From a virus (Duplodnaviria; Caudoviricetes): a DNA stretch of 60,959 bases. Made by a program: the position numbers and the translations under genes. The notes beneath the pieces are model-generated. The model was not told the origin of the DNA and ran no database searches. It worked only from the letters and a program-made list of their open reading frames with translations. The stretch lies in the IMG/VR virus record IMGVR_UViG_3300048783_000050, positions 1-60,959 of that record, one strand, 5' to 3'. Position 1 is the stretch's first letter, and every line of letters starts with the position of its first letter. This document shows positions 1-8,451 of the stretch, one piece after another.

Positions 1-690
1 ATGCGAGCTGATGAGCAGACCCAGTCAGCGGGGGGTGCAGGAGAGCCCCTGACGGACGCCGAGCTGAGGGAGTTGGAGGCGAGCATGCGGGGACTCCCTG
101 CCCTGCCCTGGTATGTGTACACCCAGGGGATGGGAGATCAGGTCCACAACGTCCTGTACGCTGCGGACGGCCAGAGCATCGCCGACAGCCTCAACGCGGA
201 CCTCGCGGCGCTGGAGGAGGAGACAGACGAGAACGGGCCTCGCCGTTGGGACGAGGGGACCCGCGCCGCCTTCGAGTTCATGGAGTTCGCGTCCGAGCGC
301 ATGCCCCGCCTGCTGGCGGAGGTGCGACGGCTCCGGGCGGCGCAGGCCTGGGTTTCGACCGCCGAACGCCTTCCTGAGCATTCCGTCCCTGTGCTGGCGT
401 ACTTCCGCAACTACTACGGCATGGGCCGGGTGGTTCGGGCGACTTATGCCCGGCCGTGGACACTTGAGGTGGAGCAGGGAGCGGAGTGGGAGGGCTGCGA
501 CTACGACGACGTTGAGGACCAATACTACTGCCCGGAAGGGTGGTACGAGGAGAATGACGGGTCTGAAGCCCTGATGCGAGTGGGCGGCGAGGTGACGCAC
601 TGGCAACCGTTACCCGCACCGCCTGTCTCGGATCAGGCTCCCTCCCCGCTCTCCCAGGATGCACAGCAGGGGGAGGTGCGCCATGGGTGA
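1..690 (+). CDS. Phage protein, Ea22/ead-like N-terminus plus DUF551-like C-terminus
   Basis: LTDAELRELE..LPW..LLAEVRRLR followed by WVSTAERLPE..VTHWQPLPAPP. Confidence 0.65.
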   Translation: MRADEQTQSAGGAGEPLTDAELRELEASMRGLPALPWYVYTQGMGDQVHNVLYAADGQSIADSLNADLAALEEETDENGPRRWDEGTRAAFEFMEFASERMPRLLAEVRRLRAAQAWVSTAERLPEHSVPVLAYFRNYYGMGRVVRATYARPWTLEVEQGAEWEGCDYDDVEDQYYCPEGWYEENDGSEALMRVGGEVTHWQPLPAPPVSDQAPSPLSQDAQQGEVRHG

Positions 691-1219
691 GCAGAAGACG
701 GAAAAGATCCTGAACGTGGAAGAGATGGAGGCGGGGCGGGAGCTGGACGCGCTGATTCACGAGCGCGTCATGGGCGGCAACCCGGTGGGGTGCCTGCACG
801 CCGACGTTGTGCGTGTGAACCCGGGCCGGTCGAATCTGCTGCGCTGCGAGGCATGCGGGGAGACATTCGGCGACACGACGTACGCCATGGCGGTGTCGTG
901 GTGGCCTTTCTACTCCACGGACCTTGAGGCGGCGTGGGAGGTGGCGGAAAAGGCCCGGCTGATGGTATGGCCCCGGCTGTCCGCGCCCGGCTGGTGTGCA
1001 GGCCCGAATACGCATCCGAATCCGTTCACGGCTGCTGTTTGGGAGGCAACGGGGATGAACCAGAACGGCGAAGGCGTCGTGTATTATCACCTGAACACGG
1101 CGGCGCCTGCTGATACCGCCCCGCTTGCCATCTGCCGCGCTGCGCTCAAGGCGTTGGGTGTCGGCTCCATCCCCTCCGATCAGGATCAGTTGAGCCGTCC
1201 GGAGGTGTCCCATGGGTGA
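683..1219 (+). CDS. Phage ABA-sandwich domain protein
   Basis: AGRELDALIHERVMG..YSTDLEAAWEVAEK..APLAICRAAL; ATG at 683 after GGAGG. Confidence 0.75.
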   Translation: MGEQKTEKILNVEEMEAGRELDALIHERVMGGNPVGCLHADVVRVNPGRSNLLRCEACGETFGDTTYAMAVSWWPFYSTDLEAAWEVAEKARLMVWPRLSAPGWCAGPNTHPNPFTAAVWEATGMNQNGEGVVYYHLNTAAPADTAPLAICRAALKALGVGSIPSDQDQLSRPEVSHG

Positions 1220-1637
1220 GCGGGAACAGCCCCAGGACGGGGTCGCCCGAACGACGTGCCGCGAGTGCGGGCGGCCAGAACCGACGCAGGAGGAGTGGAG
1301 CACTACGGCGGAGGGATGGGGTGCGCACCTCTGCTGGGGTGACCCGGCCGACTGCCGCATCGCTGCACTTCAACGGCGGGCAGGAATGGCAACGGATCCT
1401 GTTCATGGGGACGCGTCCGCCGATCTCCGCGCCGCCCTTGCTGACGCCGTGGGGCGGCTCCAGCAGATCGCCCGCATGGCGCAGGACGACGCTGATCTCC
1501 AGGCCATCTACAACGTTGCGTACGTGCCCCGGAAGACTCTGGCGCTCGCCGGAGACGCACCGCCGTCCCCACCTGCTCCAGAGCTCACCCCCGACCAGGA
1601 TCCGTGCATCGGTTCTGGTGAGCCCGCGGCTAGCTGA
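1212..1637 (+). CDS. Hypothetical protein, Cys-containing N-terminus
   Basis: GGAGG RBS, overlaps upstream stop, CRECG motif. Confidence 0.6.
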   Translation: MGEREQPQDGVARTTCRECGRPEPTQEEWSTTAEGWGAHLCWGDPADCRIAALQRRAGMATDPVHGDASADLRAALADAVGRLQQIARMAQDDADLQAIYNVAYVPRKTLALAGDAPPSPPAPELTPDQDPCIGSGEPAAS

Positions 1638-2925
1638 TGCCCTCCCCCTCCCTCCCCTGCCCGGAGCCCCCCGTGCTCCCCCGGGCGCCCGCCTCCGTCC
1701 CGGCGACGCATCGTGCGCTGCGCCGTGCGGCTGCGCGCGTCCCTGCCTGGGGCGGGGGCTGGGAGTCCACTTCCACCGCGACGGAGCGCACCGGCTGGTG
1801 ACACCCGCGCAGCGCGAGCTGCTTCGTGATCGCGAGTTGAAAGACCTCGCCTGCCGCATCGGGATGTACCTCTCGGAGCAGGACGGCCCGCGCGAGTACC
1901 GGGCGGAGGAGCTTGCGGCGCTGTCTCACAACACCGTGAGCGCAGAGACGGTGTGGGCGCACGTCGCCCAGCTGGCCGCCCGCGACTACTGCCGGGTGGG
2001 CGTCTCCGAAGGGGCGAAGGGTTTGGGCGGGCGCGGCAAGGGGAAGGTCATCGCCTGGCTAAACCCAGGAAATAATTCCGGGGTTTCTGCCTCTCCAGTC
2101 CGAGAAGACGAAAACCCCGGAAATGATTCCGGGGATTCAGCCGGAAACCCCGGAGTTGATCCGGACGTTTCAGAAAACCTCGGAATTAATTCGGAGGTTT
2201 TGCCGGGGCGGGATCCCGAGAGCCCGCACCACGACTCGCTTTCCGACGCCTCGGCTGTTCCGGCCGAGGGAGAGCGGGGGGAGACTATAGAGGGGGGAGA
2301 GAGGGAGGCTGTTCGGTTGGTGGTAGATCAGGAACCAGCACCAGCAACTCCTCCTGAACTACTGGCTCTGGAGATGGAGGGGGGTGCGGGGGGAGGAAGA
2401 CCCACGAAGCGCCCCGAGCCGTGCCCGGCGGACTTCACCCCGACCGAGGAGCACGTCGCCCTCGCCGCGTCGCTGGGGCTGGACCTGGCCGCCGAGGTGG
2501 AGCGCTACCGGGCGAAGGGTCGGAAGTCGAAGCACCACCACGAAGCGTTCGGGCGGCAGCTGGCGAAGGCCGCGGGGCGGAAGACCCGGTGCCCGGACGT
2601 GATCCCGCTGAACGACACGCACCGGCGCATCGCCGACGAGGAGGGCGTGGAGCTCGAGCGGGAGCGAGTGAAGATGATCACCTACCACCAGGGCAAGGGC
2701 ACAGAGTGGGAGCGCTGGGACCTGGCGCTCTGCAACTGGCTCCGGGAGGCGGGGGATCGACAGCGGCGGTTCGGTGGCGGCAACCTGCGAGCGATGAACC
2801 AGGGGGGAGGCTATGGAGGCACAGGACGAGGCAGTTTCGGCGGCGGATCTACAGGCCAAGTGGCAACAGCGGACGGGGAGGGCGTCGTCTTCCGCGGTGG
2901 CTACCGCCGAACCGCGGGATCCTGA
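1618..2925 (+). CDS. Phage replication initiator (N-terminal HTH-like region, tandem C-terminal DnaT-like domains); start uncertain
   Basis: Directly upstream of a DnaC-like ATPase; contains iterons; C-terminal repeats PADFTPTEEH../PDVIPLNDTH..WDLALCNWLR. Confidence 0.7.
   Translation: MSPRLADALPLPPLPGAPRAPPGARLRPGDASCAAPCGCARPCLGRGLGVHFHRDGAHRLVTPAQRELLRDRELKDLACRIGMYLSEQDGPREYRAEELAALSHNTVSAETVWAHVAQLAARDYCRVGVSEGAKGLGGRGKGKVIAWLNPGNNSGVSASPVREDENPGNDSGDSAGNPGVDPDVSENLGINSEVLPGRDPESPHHDSLSDASAVPAEGERGETIEGGEREAVRLVVDQEPAPATPPELLALEMEGGAGGGRPTKRPEPCPADFTPTEEHVALAASLGLDLAAEVERYRAKGRKSKHHHEAFGRQLAKAAGRKTRCPDVIPLNDTHRRIADEEGVELERERVKMITYHQGKGTEWERWDLALCNWLREAGDRQRRFGGGNLRAMNQGGGYGGTGRGSFGGGSTGQVATADGEGVVFRGGYRRTAGS
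2061..2200. repeat. Four 26-bp palindromic iterons, probable phage replication origin
   Basis: AAACCCAGGAAATAATTCCGGGGTTT (2061), AAACCCCGGAAATGATTCCGGGGATT (2112), AAACCCCGGAGTTGATCCGGACGTTT (2145), AAACCTCGGAATTAATTCGGAGGTTT (2175), all inside the initiator gene as in lambda O. Confidence 0.8.
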
Positions 2926-2926
2926 G

Positions 2927-3817
2927 GTGCGCGCCGGCCAGCTCATCCGCCGCGGCGACGAGGGGCTGCTCCACACGGGGCTCGTCCCCGCCCCGGCCTC
3001 GCGGCTGTGCGACTGCGGCGAGTGGTTTGACCTGGTGGTGATCTACCGCTGGGGGGACGCGCAAGGGGGGAAGAGCAAGGAGCTGGCGCCGCTCTGGGCG
3101 GAGGGCCTGCCGACCACCTGCCCCACCTGCCGAGCGGAGGCGGAGGCGCAGGAGGCGGGGGCCCGGCGGGAGGAGCGCATCGCCGAGGCGCAACGGAGCC
3201 GGCGGGTGCGGGAAGCGGAGGAGTTCCCGCGCATCCTCACCGCAGCCGGCTACAACCTGAACGACCCCGTCTGCAATGCGTCGTTCGAGAACTTCGACCG
3301 CTCGCGGAACCCGGAGGCGTTCGAAGCCGCGCTTGCCTTCGTCAACAAGGCGTGCTCCCGCACCCGCGGCGAGCCGATGCGCTGGCTGTACCTGGAGGGC
3401 TTCACCGGGACGGGCAAGTCGCACCTGATCGTCGCGATGCGCCGGGAGCTCTGGCGGCGGGCGTACCCCGGCACGGTGATCCTCGACGTCGCGCCCGCCC
3501 TGATCGACAAGGTCCAGCGCGGCTACTCGGACGGGAGTGCGGACCAGATCCGGCAGTCGCGGATCAACGCCGACGTGTGGCTCCTGGACGAGGTGGCGAA
3601 GGGCCCCCAGACCCCGGACAAGGTGGGGGTGATCGTCTCCATCACTGACATGCGGGTGATGATCCCCACGTCGCTGGGGAGCAACTACGCCGCGGCCGCG
3701 CTGGAGGAGCGGCACATGGACTTTCTCACCCTCGCCGACCGCCTGCGCGACGAGTACGCCCGCGTGGTGGTGATGGGGGGAGTTTCCGGGCGCGGAAAAC
3801 ATGTGAGGCCGTCGTGA
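2927..3817 (+). CDS. DnaC/IstB-like AAA+ helicase loader (start at 2927 or 2813)
   Basis: Zn-finger CDC..CPTC, ASFENF, Walker A GFTGTGKS, Walker B WLLDE. Confidence 0.85.
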   Translation: MRAGQLIRRGDEGLLHTGLVPAPASRLCDCGEWFDLVVIYRWGDAQGGKSKELAPLWAEGLPTTCPTCRAEAEAQEAGARREERIAEAQRSRRVREAEEFPRILTAAGYNLNDPVCNASFENFDRSRNPEAFEAALAFVNKACSRTRGEPMRWLYLEGFTGTGKSHLIVAMRRELWRRAYPGTVILDVAPALIDKVQRGYSDGSADQIRQSRINADVWLLDEVAKGPQTPDKVGVIVSITDMRVMIPTSLGSNYAAAALEERHMDFLTLADRLRDEYARVVVMGGVSGRGKHVRPS

Positions 3818-4290
3818 GTGAGTACCACCCCACCTACCACAAGGCCCCCGCAGCGCTCCGCTGGCCGGAGGACGGCGACCTGGCGAAGCTCTGGGACCTG
3901 CTCAACCGCGCCGTGCACCAGGTGGAGCGGGATGTCTGGGTCGCCCGCGTGCTCTCCACGGGGACCATCGTGACGGTGCGCGTGGTGGGCGCCACCCGGG
4001 AGGTGAGGATACAGGCGCCGACGATGCCGAGGGCGGAGAGCTTGGCGCGGACGGCGCACTGCCGCTGGGCGAACGAGATCGACGCGCTGCGCACCGCCTT
4101 CGGGATCCGCGGATGGGACAAGCTGGAGACGGACGGCGAGTCGGTGCACTACGTGGACCGGCCCCGGGCCGCAGCGCCAGCGCCGCAAGCGTACGTCGCC
4201 GTGGCGCCGACCGCTCCAGCTGCAGCGCGCCCTCGCCTGCGGTCGCGCACGGTGCAGATCGGACTCGTGCTGGAGGAGGTGGCCAGTTGA
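3814..4290 (+). CDS. Hypothetical protein
   Basis: GTGA overlap with upstream gene, GC3-biased codons. Confidence 0.6.
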   Translation: MSEYHPTYHKAPAALRWPEDGDLAKLWDLLNRAVHQVERDVWVARVLSTGTIVTVRVVGATREVRIQAPTMPRAESLARTAHCRWANEIDALRTAFGIRGWDKLETDGESVHYVDRPRAAAPAPQAYVAVAPTAPAAARPRLRSRTVQIGLVLEEVAS

Positions 4291-5180
4291 GCGCCCGGGA
4301 TCTCACGCCGACGGCTGGGGGAGTACCCGTGACGGACCGTGGAGCGCTACGGGAGGTGGATGTCGCGGTGCCGGTCGTGGCGGCGTTGCGGGACCAGGGA
4401 TGGAAGGTCTATCAGGAAGTCGCGATGCCAGGCGGAGGAGAGGCGGACATTGTGGGCGTGATGGACGTGCCGGGCCGCGTGCATCCGTTGATCCGGATTG
4501 TCGAGGTGAAAACGTCGCTCTCGTTGCGGGTGGTGGAGCAGGCGGTCAAGCACGTCGTGCATGGAGGCGCGCACTACGTCTCCGTCGCGGTGCCGGCCTC
4601 AGGCCGCGGCACCGACGTGCTGTGGGCGCCCGGCAAGAGCGTGCTGCGCGAGGTTATGGCCGGGCACGGCGTCGGCCTGCTGACCGTGGATCTCTCGTCG
4701 CCCGCGTGGATCCCGGACCCGTACCGCGTCGCCGCACACCGGGAATTGCCCGGCCGCCTCGCTCGCTGGTCCTCCCGGATCGACCGCAAGGGGTGGCTAC
4801 ACCAGCTTCGAAAGGCGCGGGAGTTGATCGCGAAGCACGAGGAGCGGAACCCGGCGGGGTCTCCCAGCCTGGGGAAGTCCAGCCCGTACCGCGACACCAT
4901 GGACGGCATCCGCGACTTCCTGGCGCGCCGTGGCGAGGCGACCCTAGACGACATCCTCCGTGCTGTGCGCCACCACTACAGTAACGACCGGAGCGCGCGC
5001 AGCACGATCCCCGGCCGGCTTCTCCGGGTGGAAGCATGGTGCGAGGCCGAACGCCGGGAAGGGATGACGTGGTTCCGCATCCGGGGCACCACGCCTGCGC
5101 CGCGCCCAACTTCCCTTGCCGCTTCGCAACTCGCGCAGCAAACAGGCGACTTGTTCACGCTGGGGGGGGGCGATGGCTGA
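4287..5180 (+). CDS. PD-(D/E)XK nuclease-fold protein (MmcB-like) with C-terminal winged-helix-like region
   Basis: YQEV..GEADIVG..IRIVEVKTSLS motif; start uncertain. Confidence 0.65.
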   Translation: MSARDLTPTAGGVPVTDRGALREVDVAVPVVAALRDQGWKVYQEVAMPGGGEADIVGVMDVPGRVHPLIRIVEVKTSLSLRVVEQAVKHVVHGGAHYVSVAVPASGRGTDVLWAPGKSVLREVMAGHGVGLLTVDLSSPAWIPDPYRVAAHRELPGRLARWSSRIDRKGWLHQLRKARELIAKHEERNPAGSPSLGKSSPYRDTMDGIRDFLARRGEATLDDILRAVRHHYSNDRSARSTIPGRLLRVEAWCEAERREGMTWFRIRGTTPAPRPTSLAASQLAQQTGDLFTLGGGDG

Positions 5181-5571
5181 CCTCGCCTCCCTCCCCCGCG
5201 CCGAGTACGTGCTGACGCTCCCGCTGCCGGACAACCTGGCGAACGCCCGGCAGCACTGGCGGGTGCGGTTGGCTCGGAAGAAAGCGTACTGGCGCAAGCT
5301 GGACATGCTCCGCCCGTCGCTCCCCCGGGCCCCGGCGGTGCCGCTCGCGCGCGCAGAGATCCGCGCCACGCTCCACGTCTGGAACCCCATGGACGATGAC
5401 AACGCCATGGCGCGGATATAATGGGTGCTGGACTGGCTGTCCGGGCTCTACATCGCAGGGGACGCCAGGAAGGCGCTGACGTGGGCAGGCATTCCGGGGC
5501 AGGTGATTGACAGGAAGCGACCCCGGGTGGAGCTGGTGATCTCCGCCCTCTCCTTACACACGGAAGGCTGA
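5173..5571 (+). pseudogene. rusA: RusA-like Holliday junction resolvase interrupted by an in-frame TAA at 5419-5421
   Basis: LTLPLP..N..HW..K..DDDNAMARI*WVLDWL..IAGD..PRVELVI; the frame continues past the stop to TGA at 5569-5571. Confidence 0.7.
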
Positions 5572-5574
5572 ACG

Positions 5575-5892
5575 ATGGAAACTCGAATGATCGTAGCGCA
5601 GGGCAACCCGCCCGTTCAGGCCGGAGCGGGCGGGCACAGCGCCAAGCCACGGCGTCGCATCGAGCTCGTGCTGACGCTGGGTGCGGATTCCTGGGAGGAT
5701 GCGGCCGACGCGCTCTTCAACCTCGCGCAGGAGATAGAGCGCGGCCGATTGCGCGGCCGCGCCGTGACCGGGGGCTACTCCTCCGGCCACACCTTCGAGT
5801 CGTCGGAAGACGAGACGGTCACGCACGACAGCTACTTCGCCGCACTCGACGAGTACCTGAGCGCGGACGTCGGTTCCGCGGACGCGCAGTAG
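5575..5892 (+). CDS. Hypothetical protein in the position of a late regulator (just upstream of first late promoter)
   Basis: Clean ORF; the positional role is inference only. Confidence 0.55.
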   Translation: METRMIVAQGNPPVQAGAGGHSAKPRRRIELVLTLGADSWEDAADALFNLAQEIERGRLRGRAVTGGYSSGHTFESSEDETVTHDSYFAALDEYLSADVGSADAQ

Positions 5893-5903
5893 ATCAATCT
5901 TGC

Positions 5904-6003
5904 TTGACCGAAGCGCCCATGACACGGTACTTTACAGGTACATCGGCACACCGGCCCCAGGCCCCAACCCGCGACGGCGTCGTGGGATGGGGCTCTTTGC
6001 GTT
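5904..6003 (+). promoter_or_regulatory. Late cassette copy A: promoter + conserved leader + terminator-like hairpin
   Basis: TTGACC-18-TACTTT, ACACCGGCCCCAGGCCC at 5948, hairpin closing GGGGCT followed by CTTTGCGTT. Confidence 0.7.
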
Positions 6004-6025
6004 CCGACCTGCGCGCGAGCCGCCC

Positions 6026-6640
6026 ATGATCGCCCACTCGCTGACCGGCACGGTGTTCTGCCAGCGGGAGACGTGCGGCCTCCCGCTGCCGGTCCTGGTG
6101 GCCGGGTCGAGCAAGGGCCCGGCGGTGGCCGTGACGGTGGTCCGATGCGTCCGATGCCGTACATGGTGGACGGTCGGCTTCCGCTGGGCTCCCATGGAGA
6201 GCGGACGGGTCGGCCGGGAGGTCGTCGGCGTCGTCGCTTCCGAGGCGCCCGGGATCCCGGGCCTCCGCCGCACCCTGCCCCACCTCACGAACTTCACGCT
6301 GGCGGAACGTCTCGCGATCCTTCAGGACTTCGTAGAGGATGGCAGGGAGGACGCCGAGGCGGTCGTGGACCCGGTGGAAGCCTTCCTGGTCGAGTGCTGC
6401 GTGCTGAACACCAGCGTGAGCACCCCGATCGGCGCTCTCCACCAGACCTATCGCGCGTGGTGCAGGGAACACGGCCTCACTCCGATCCCGCTCAAGCTGT
6501 TCGGCAAGGCGCTCCGGGAGCGCGGCGTGGAGTCGTTCAAGTCCACCGCTCGGCGGTGGCGCGGCGTGGCTCTCCGGGGCGGATTCGTTGGGAAGATGGC
6601 CCCGGAAAAATCGCCCGAAATCGCCCGGGTGGCCCGATGA
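6026..6640 (+). CDS. Zn-finger fused to D5/P4-primase C-terminal winged-helix-like domain
   Basis: CQRETC..CVRC, then DPVEAFLVECC..LHQTYRAWCREHG..FGKALRERG..WRGVAL. Confidence 0.65.
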   Translation: MIAHSLTGTVFCQRETCGLPLPVLVAGSSKGPAVAVTVVRCVRCRTWWTVGFRWAPMESGRVGREVVGVVASEAPGIPGLRRTLPHLTNFTLAERLAILQDFVEDGREDAEAVVDPVEAFLVECCVLNTSVSTPIGALHQTYRAWCREHGLTPIPLKLFGKALRERGVESFKSTARRWRGVALRGGFVGKMAPEKSPEIARVAR

Positions 6641-6969
6641 AGGCGCGGCGAGAGGAGTACGACCGGGGCAGTTCGGCGGCTCGCGGGTACGGCTCGAAGT
6701 GGCGCTCTGCTCGCGGCGCGTACCTGCTGGAGAACCCACTCTGCGTGCTCTGCCAGGAAGCGGGGAAGGTCGTGCCGGCCACGGTCGTGGACCACATCGA
6801 CCCTCACCGTCGGGATTGGGCGAAGTTCTGGAACCGCTTGAACTGGAGGGCGTCGTGCAAGACGTGCCACGACTCCGTGAAGCAGGCGGCGGAGAAGGGC
6901 GACGGCACACTGCGGGGCTTCGACGTGGAAGGGAACCCGCTGGACGCGAGCCACAGGTGGAACCAATGA
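6637..6969 (+). CDS. Packaging-associated HNH endonuclease
   Basis: RGYGSKW..NPLCVLC..ATVVDHIDPH..NWRASCKTCHDS. Confidence 0.9.
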   Translation: MKARREEYDRGSSAARGYGSKWRSARGAYLLENPLCVLCQEAGKVVPATVVDHIDPHRRDWAKFWNRLNWRASCKTCHDSVKQAAEKGDGTLRGFDVEGNPLDASHRWNQ

Positions 6970-7130
6970 GCGTACGCGACCCTCTCATCCCGCCCCTGTG
7001 GCAGGTGAACGTCCCGGTCGGGTCAAGGTCGTACGAGCCCGCGCAGCTGCGCGTCCGGTGCGGCTACTGCACCACGACGGCGGGACCGGGGCAACGGCGC
7101 TGCGACTCGTGCGGGGCGCCTCTCCCATGA
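6966..7130 (+). CDS. Small zinc-ribbon protein
   Basis: CGYC..CDSCGAPL; ATGA overlaps on both sides. Confidence 0.6.
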   Translation: MSVRDPLIPPLWQVNVPVGSRSYEPAQLRVRCGYCTTTAGPGQRRCDSCGAPLP

Positions 7131-7402
7131 CGAAACCGACCAAGCGGCATTTGGTGCAACTAGTCCTGGCGTACGACCGGAACGATTTCGACACGTACAA
7201 GGCGAACCACTGCCGCGAACCGGGCCTCGTCGCGCGGTGTGTCCGGTCGGTCGAGATGCTTGCCGAGTACACCTGCGACGAGGCGGAAGTGGTGGAGCTG
7301 ACGGATTGGGAGCAGGGGAAGCTGGCGCCGCACGCTCTGGTGATCCGTAGGACCATCGCCGCCCGCGGCTTCGCGGTCTCGTACGGAATGGGGCGCGGGT
7401 GA
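7127..7402 (+). CDS. Hypothetical protein
   Basis: ATGA coupling to upstream gene. Confidence 0.55.
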   Translation: MTKPTKRHLVQLVLAYDRNDFDTYKANHCREPGLVARCVRSVEMLAEYTCDEAEVVELTDWEQGKLAPHALVIRRTIAARGFAVSYGMGRG

Positions 7403-7436
7403 CGTGCCCGCTGGACCACAACCACAGGTGAGACCG

Positions 7437-7763
7437 ATGGAAGCGACCGAGACGGCGGTACAGATGCACCGGGCCAAGCTCACCGAGGATCTGGCGAGGG
7501 CTGAAGCCGACGCTCTGCGGAAGGCCACCGAGCGCGTGGCGGAGGATGCGAAGCGCGCCTTTATGTGGAAGCGCGACAGGGAGGCTGAAGGACTGCGGGC
7601 GCTCGCCGAGGAGTACGGGAAGGCGTACGAGTCCAGCCGTGCGAGGCTGCCGCTCGCGGAGAAGCAGTACGCGACGTTCAGGGCGGCGCTGGACAGCGCG
7701 CTGCAGCTGGATGCCTGCGGCGGTGGGCTGCGGGAGGCGGCGGCCCGCGAGGTGAAGCCGTGA
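7437..7763 (+). CDS. Hypothetical coiled-coil protein
   Basis: Helical Ala/Glu/Arg-rich ORF. Confidence 0.55.
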   Translation: MEATETAVQMHRAKLTEDLARAEADALRKATERVAEDAKRAFMWKRDREAEGLRALAEEYGKAYESSRARLPLAEKQYATFRAALDSALQLDACGGGLREAAAREVKP

Positions 7764-7939
7764 TCGGCCTCCGGCCCGGCGTGCGCGTGGTGGACGGCCA
7801 CACGTTCATCCGCGACGAGACCGGCGAGGACAGGCGCGCCCGGGCCGCGATGCGTCCGCCCTCGCCGAAGATGCGGAGAAGCCGTGTCGTTTTCACACGT
7901 CCGGATGGAAGTGTGGCGCCGGCGCCACAGTGTCACCCC

Positions 7940-8030
7940 CAGGGGGCGGGAGGGGGGTCCTCTTTTCTGGACACCCCCGCCGGGTAGACCAGCGCCGACC
8001 CTTCACGCGCGCAACCGCAAATTAAAATCC
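7940..8030. other. Candidate cos/packaging initiation region
   Basis: G-rich run, then GACCAGCGCC..CCTTCACGCGCGCAACCGCAAATTAAAA immediately upstream of terS, the usual position in HNH/P27-terminase cos phages. Confidence 0.4.
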
Positions 8031-8043
8031 GGGGCCTGAGACC

Positions 8044-8451
8044 ATGACGAGAGGCCGGAAACCCAAGCCCCCCGGGCTGCAAACGGTCCTCGGCAACCCT
8101 GGGAAGAGGAAACTGAAAGCCGACGTGGTTGATCCCGGCGGCGAGCCAGTCTGCCCCGCCTACCTGAAGGACCGCGCCGCCGAGCTGTGGGACGAGGTCG
8201 CGCCCGCGCTCATCGCCTGCAAGGTGCTGACGCAGGTGGACGCCTACACCTTCGCCGCCTGGTGCGCGCTGCAGGCGGAGTTCGAGGCGGACCCGGCAGG
8301 CATGCAGGCTTCCCGGATCGCGCAGATGCGCGCGCTCGCCTCCTCCTGTGGACTGGACCCCAGCTCCCGAACCCGGCTGAACATCGGTGGCAACGAAGGC
8401 GAGGAAGACCCCACGGCGGGCTACTTCACCGGCCCGCGAAAGACTGCCTGA
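8044..8451 (+). CDS. terS: Terminase small subunit, P27 family
   Basis: MTRGRKPKP..GNPGKRKL..P..L..A..W..D..C..GLDPSSRTRL. Confidence 0.92.
   Translation: MTRGRKPKPPGLQTVLGNPGKRKLKADVVDPGGEPVCPAYLKDRAAELWDEVAPALIACKVLTQVDAYTFAAWCALQAEFEADPAGMQASRIAQMRALASSCGLDPSSRTRLNIGGNEGEEDPTAGYFTGPRKTA

Noticed and set aside
5162-5170. G9 tract as a phase-variation site
   Set aside because: It lies at the extreme 3' end of a gene in a GC-rich genome, and a single sequence gives no evidence of length variation
5419-5421. Stop-codon reassignment (TAA read-through)
   Set aside because: TAA is a genuine terminator of other genes (15591, 21299, 60959); this is a single instance
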